Below are positions 63,739-64,000 of a stretch of DNA of 64,000 nucleotides, piece after piece. Within the stretch, counting starts at the first letter, position 1, and each line of letters begins with the position of its first letter. The stretch comes from Malacoraja senta (lineage: Eukaryota): positions 2,234,001 through 2,298,000 of the forward strand of contig CM075995.1 of the NCBI GenBank assembly GCA_038087875.1, written 5' to 3'. The translations under genes and the position numbers were made by a program. The notes beneath the pieces are model-generated. The model saw only the letters and a list, made by a program, of their open reading frames with translations, was not told the origin of the DNA and ran no database searches.

Positions 63739-63960
63739 AGATAGACACAAAATGCTGGAGTAACTCAGCGGGACATGCAGCATCTCTGGAGAGAAGGAAT
63801 GGCTGACGTTTCGGGTCTAAACCCTTCTTCAGACTCTGAAGCAGGGTCTCGACCCCAACGGTCACCCATTCCTTCTCTCCAGAGATGCTGCATGTCCCGC
63901 TGAGTTACTTCAGCATTTTGTGTCTATCTTCGGTTTAGACCAGCATCTGCAGTTCCTTCC
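63739..63960. repeat. 191-bp palindrome of Penelope-like terminal repeats, with the right arm continuing as the repeat's 3' end
   Basis: Arms 63739-63833 and 63835-63929 are reverse complements with few mismatches and a 1-nt spacer. Confidence 0.85.
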
Positions 63961-64000
63961 TCCTCATAGGATATTCGATTCTGTGAAGGGTATATCTGCA

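Overview
This is eukaryotic DNA, almost certainly from a cartilaginous fish (skate/ray/shark). That call is inferred from dozens of HE1/V-SINE-type tRNA-SINEs and their CR1 (HER1-type) partner LINEs. It looks intronic or intergenic: I found no host protein-coding exon or RNA gene I can support, and the ORFs that resemble real proteins are all decayed transposon fragments. The window is a dense, nested mosaic of CR1, Rex1/Babar, L2, Vingi/Ingi-like and RTE-like retroposons, Penelope-like terminal repeats, one decayed DIRS1-type tyrosine-recombinase retrotransposon with both ends intact (11410-15470, inside a CR1), eight PIF/Harbinger-type MITEs and two hAT-type MITEs, with a 200-N gap at 34317-34516. 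The most striking observations are: (1) a 136-bp TSD-flanked short retroposon whose 5' end folds as a minimal HDV-like ribozyme and whose tail resembles a Vingi-like LINE in the same window; (2) a very abundant Penelope-like repeat carrying a minimal hammerhead core, found in inverted and tandem arrangements; (3) Harbinger MITEs with largely unrelated bodies that keep one internal palindrome; (4) local templated duplications; (5) repeat-free islands with developmental TF motifs. Family names come from motif recognition by eye, not from database searches. Most repeat boundaries are approximate unless a TSD or TIR is quoted.
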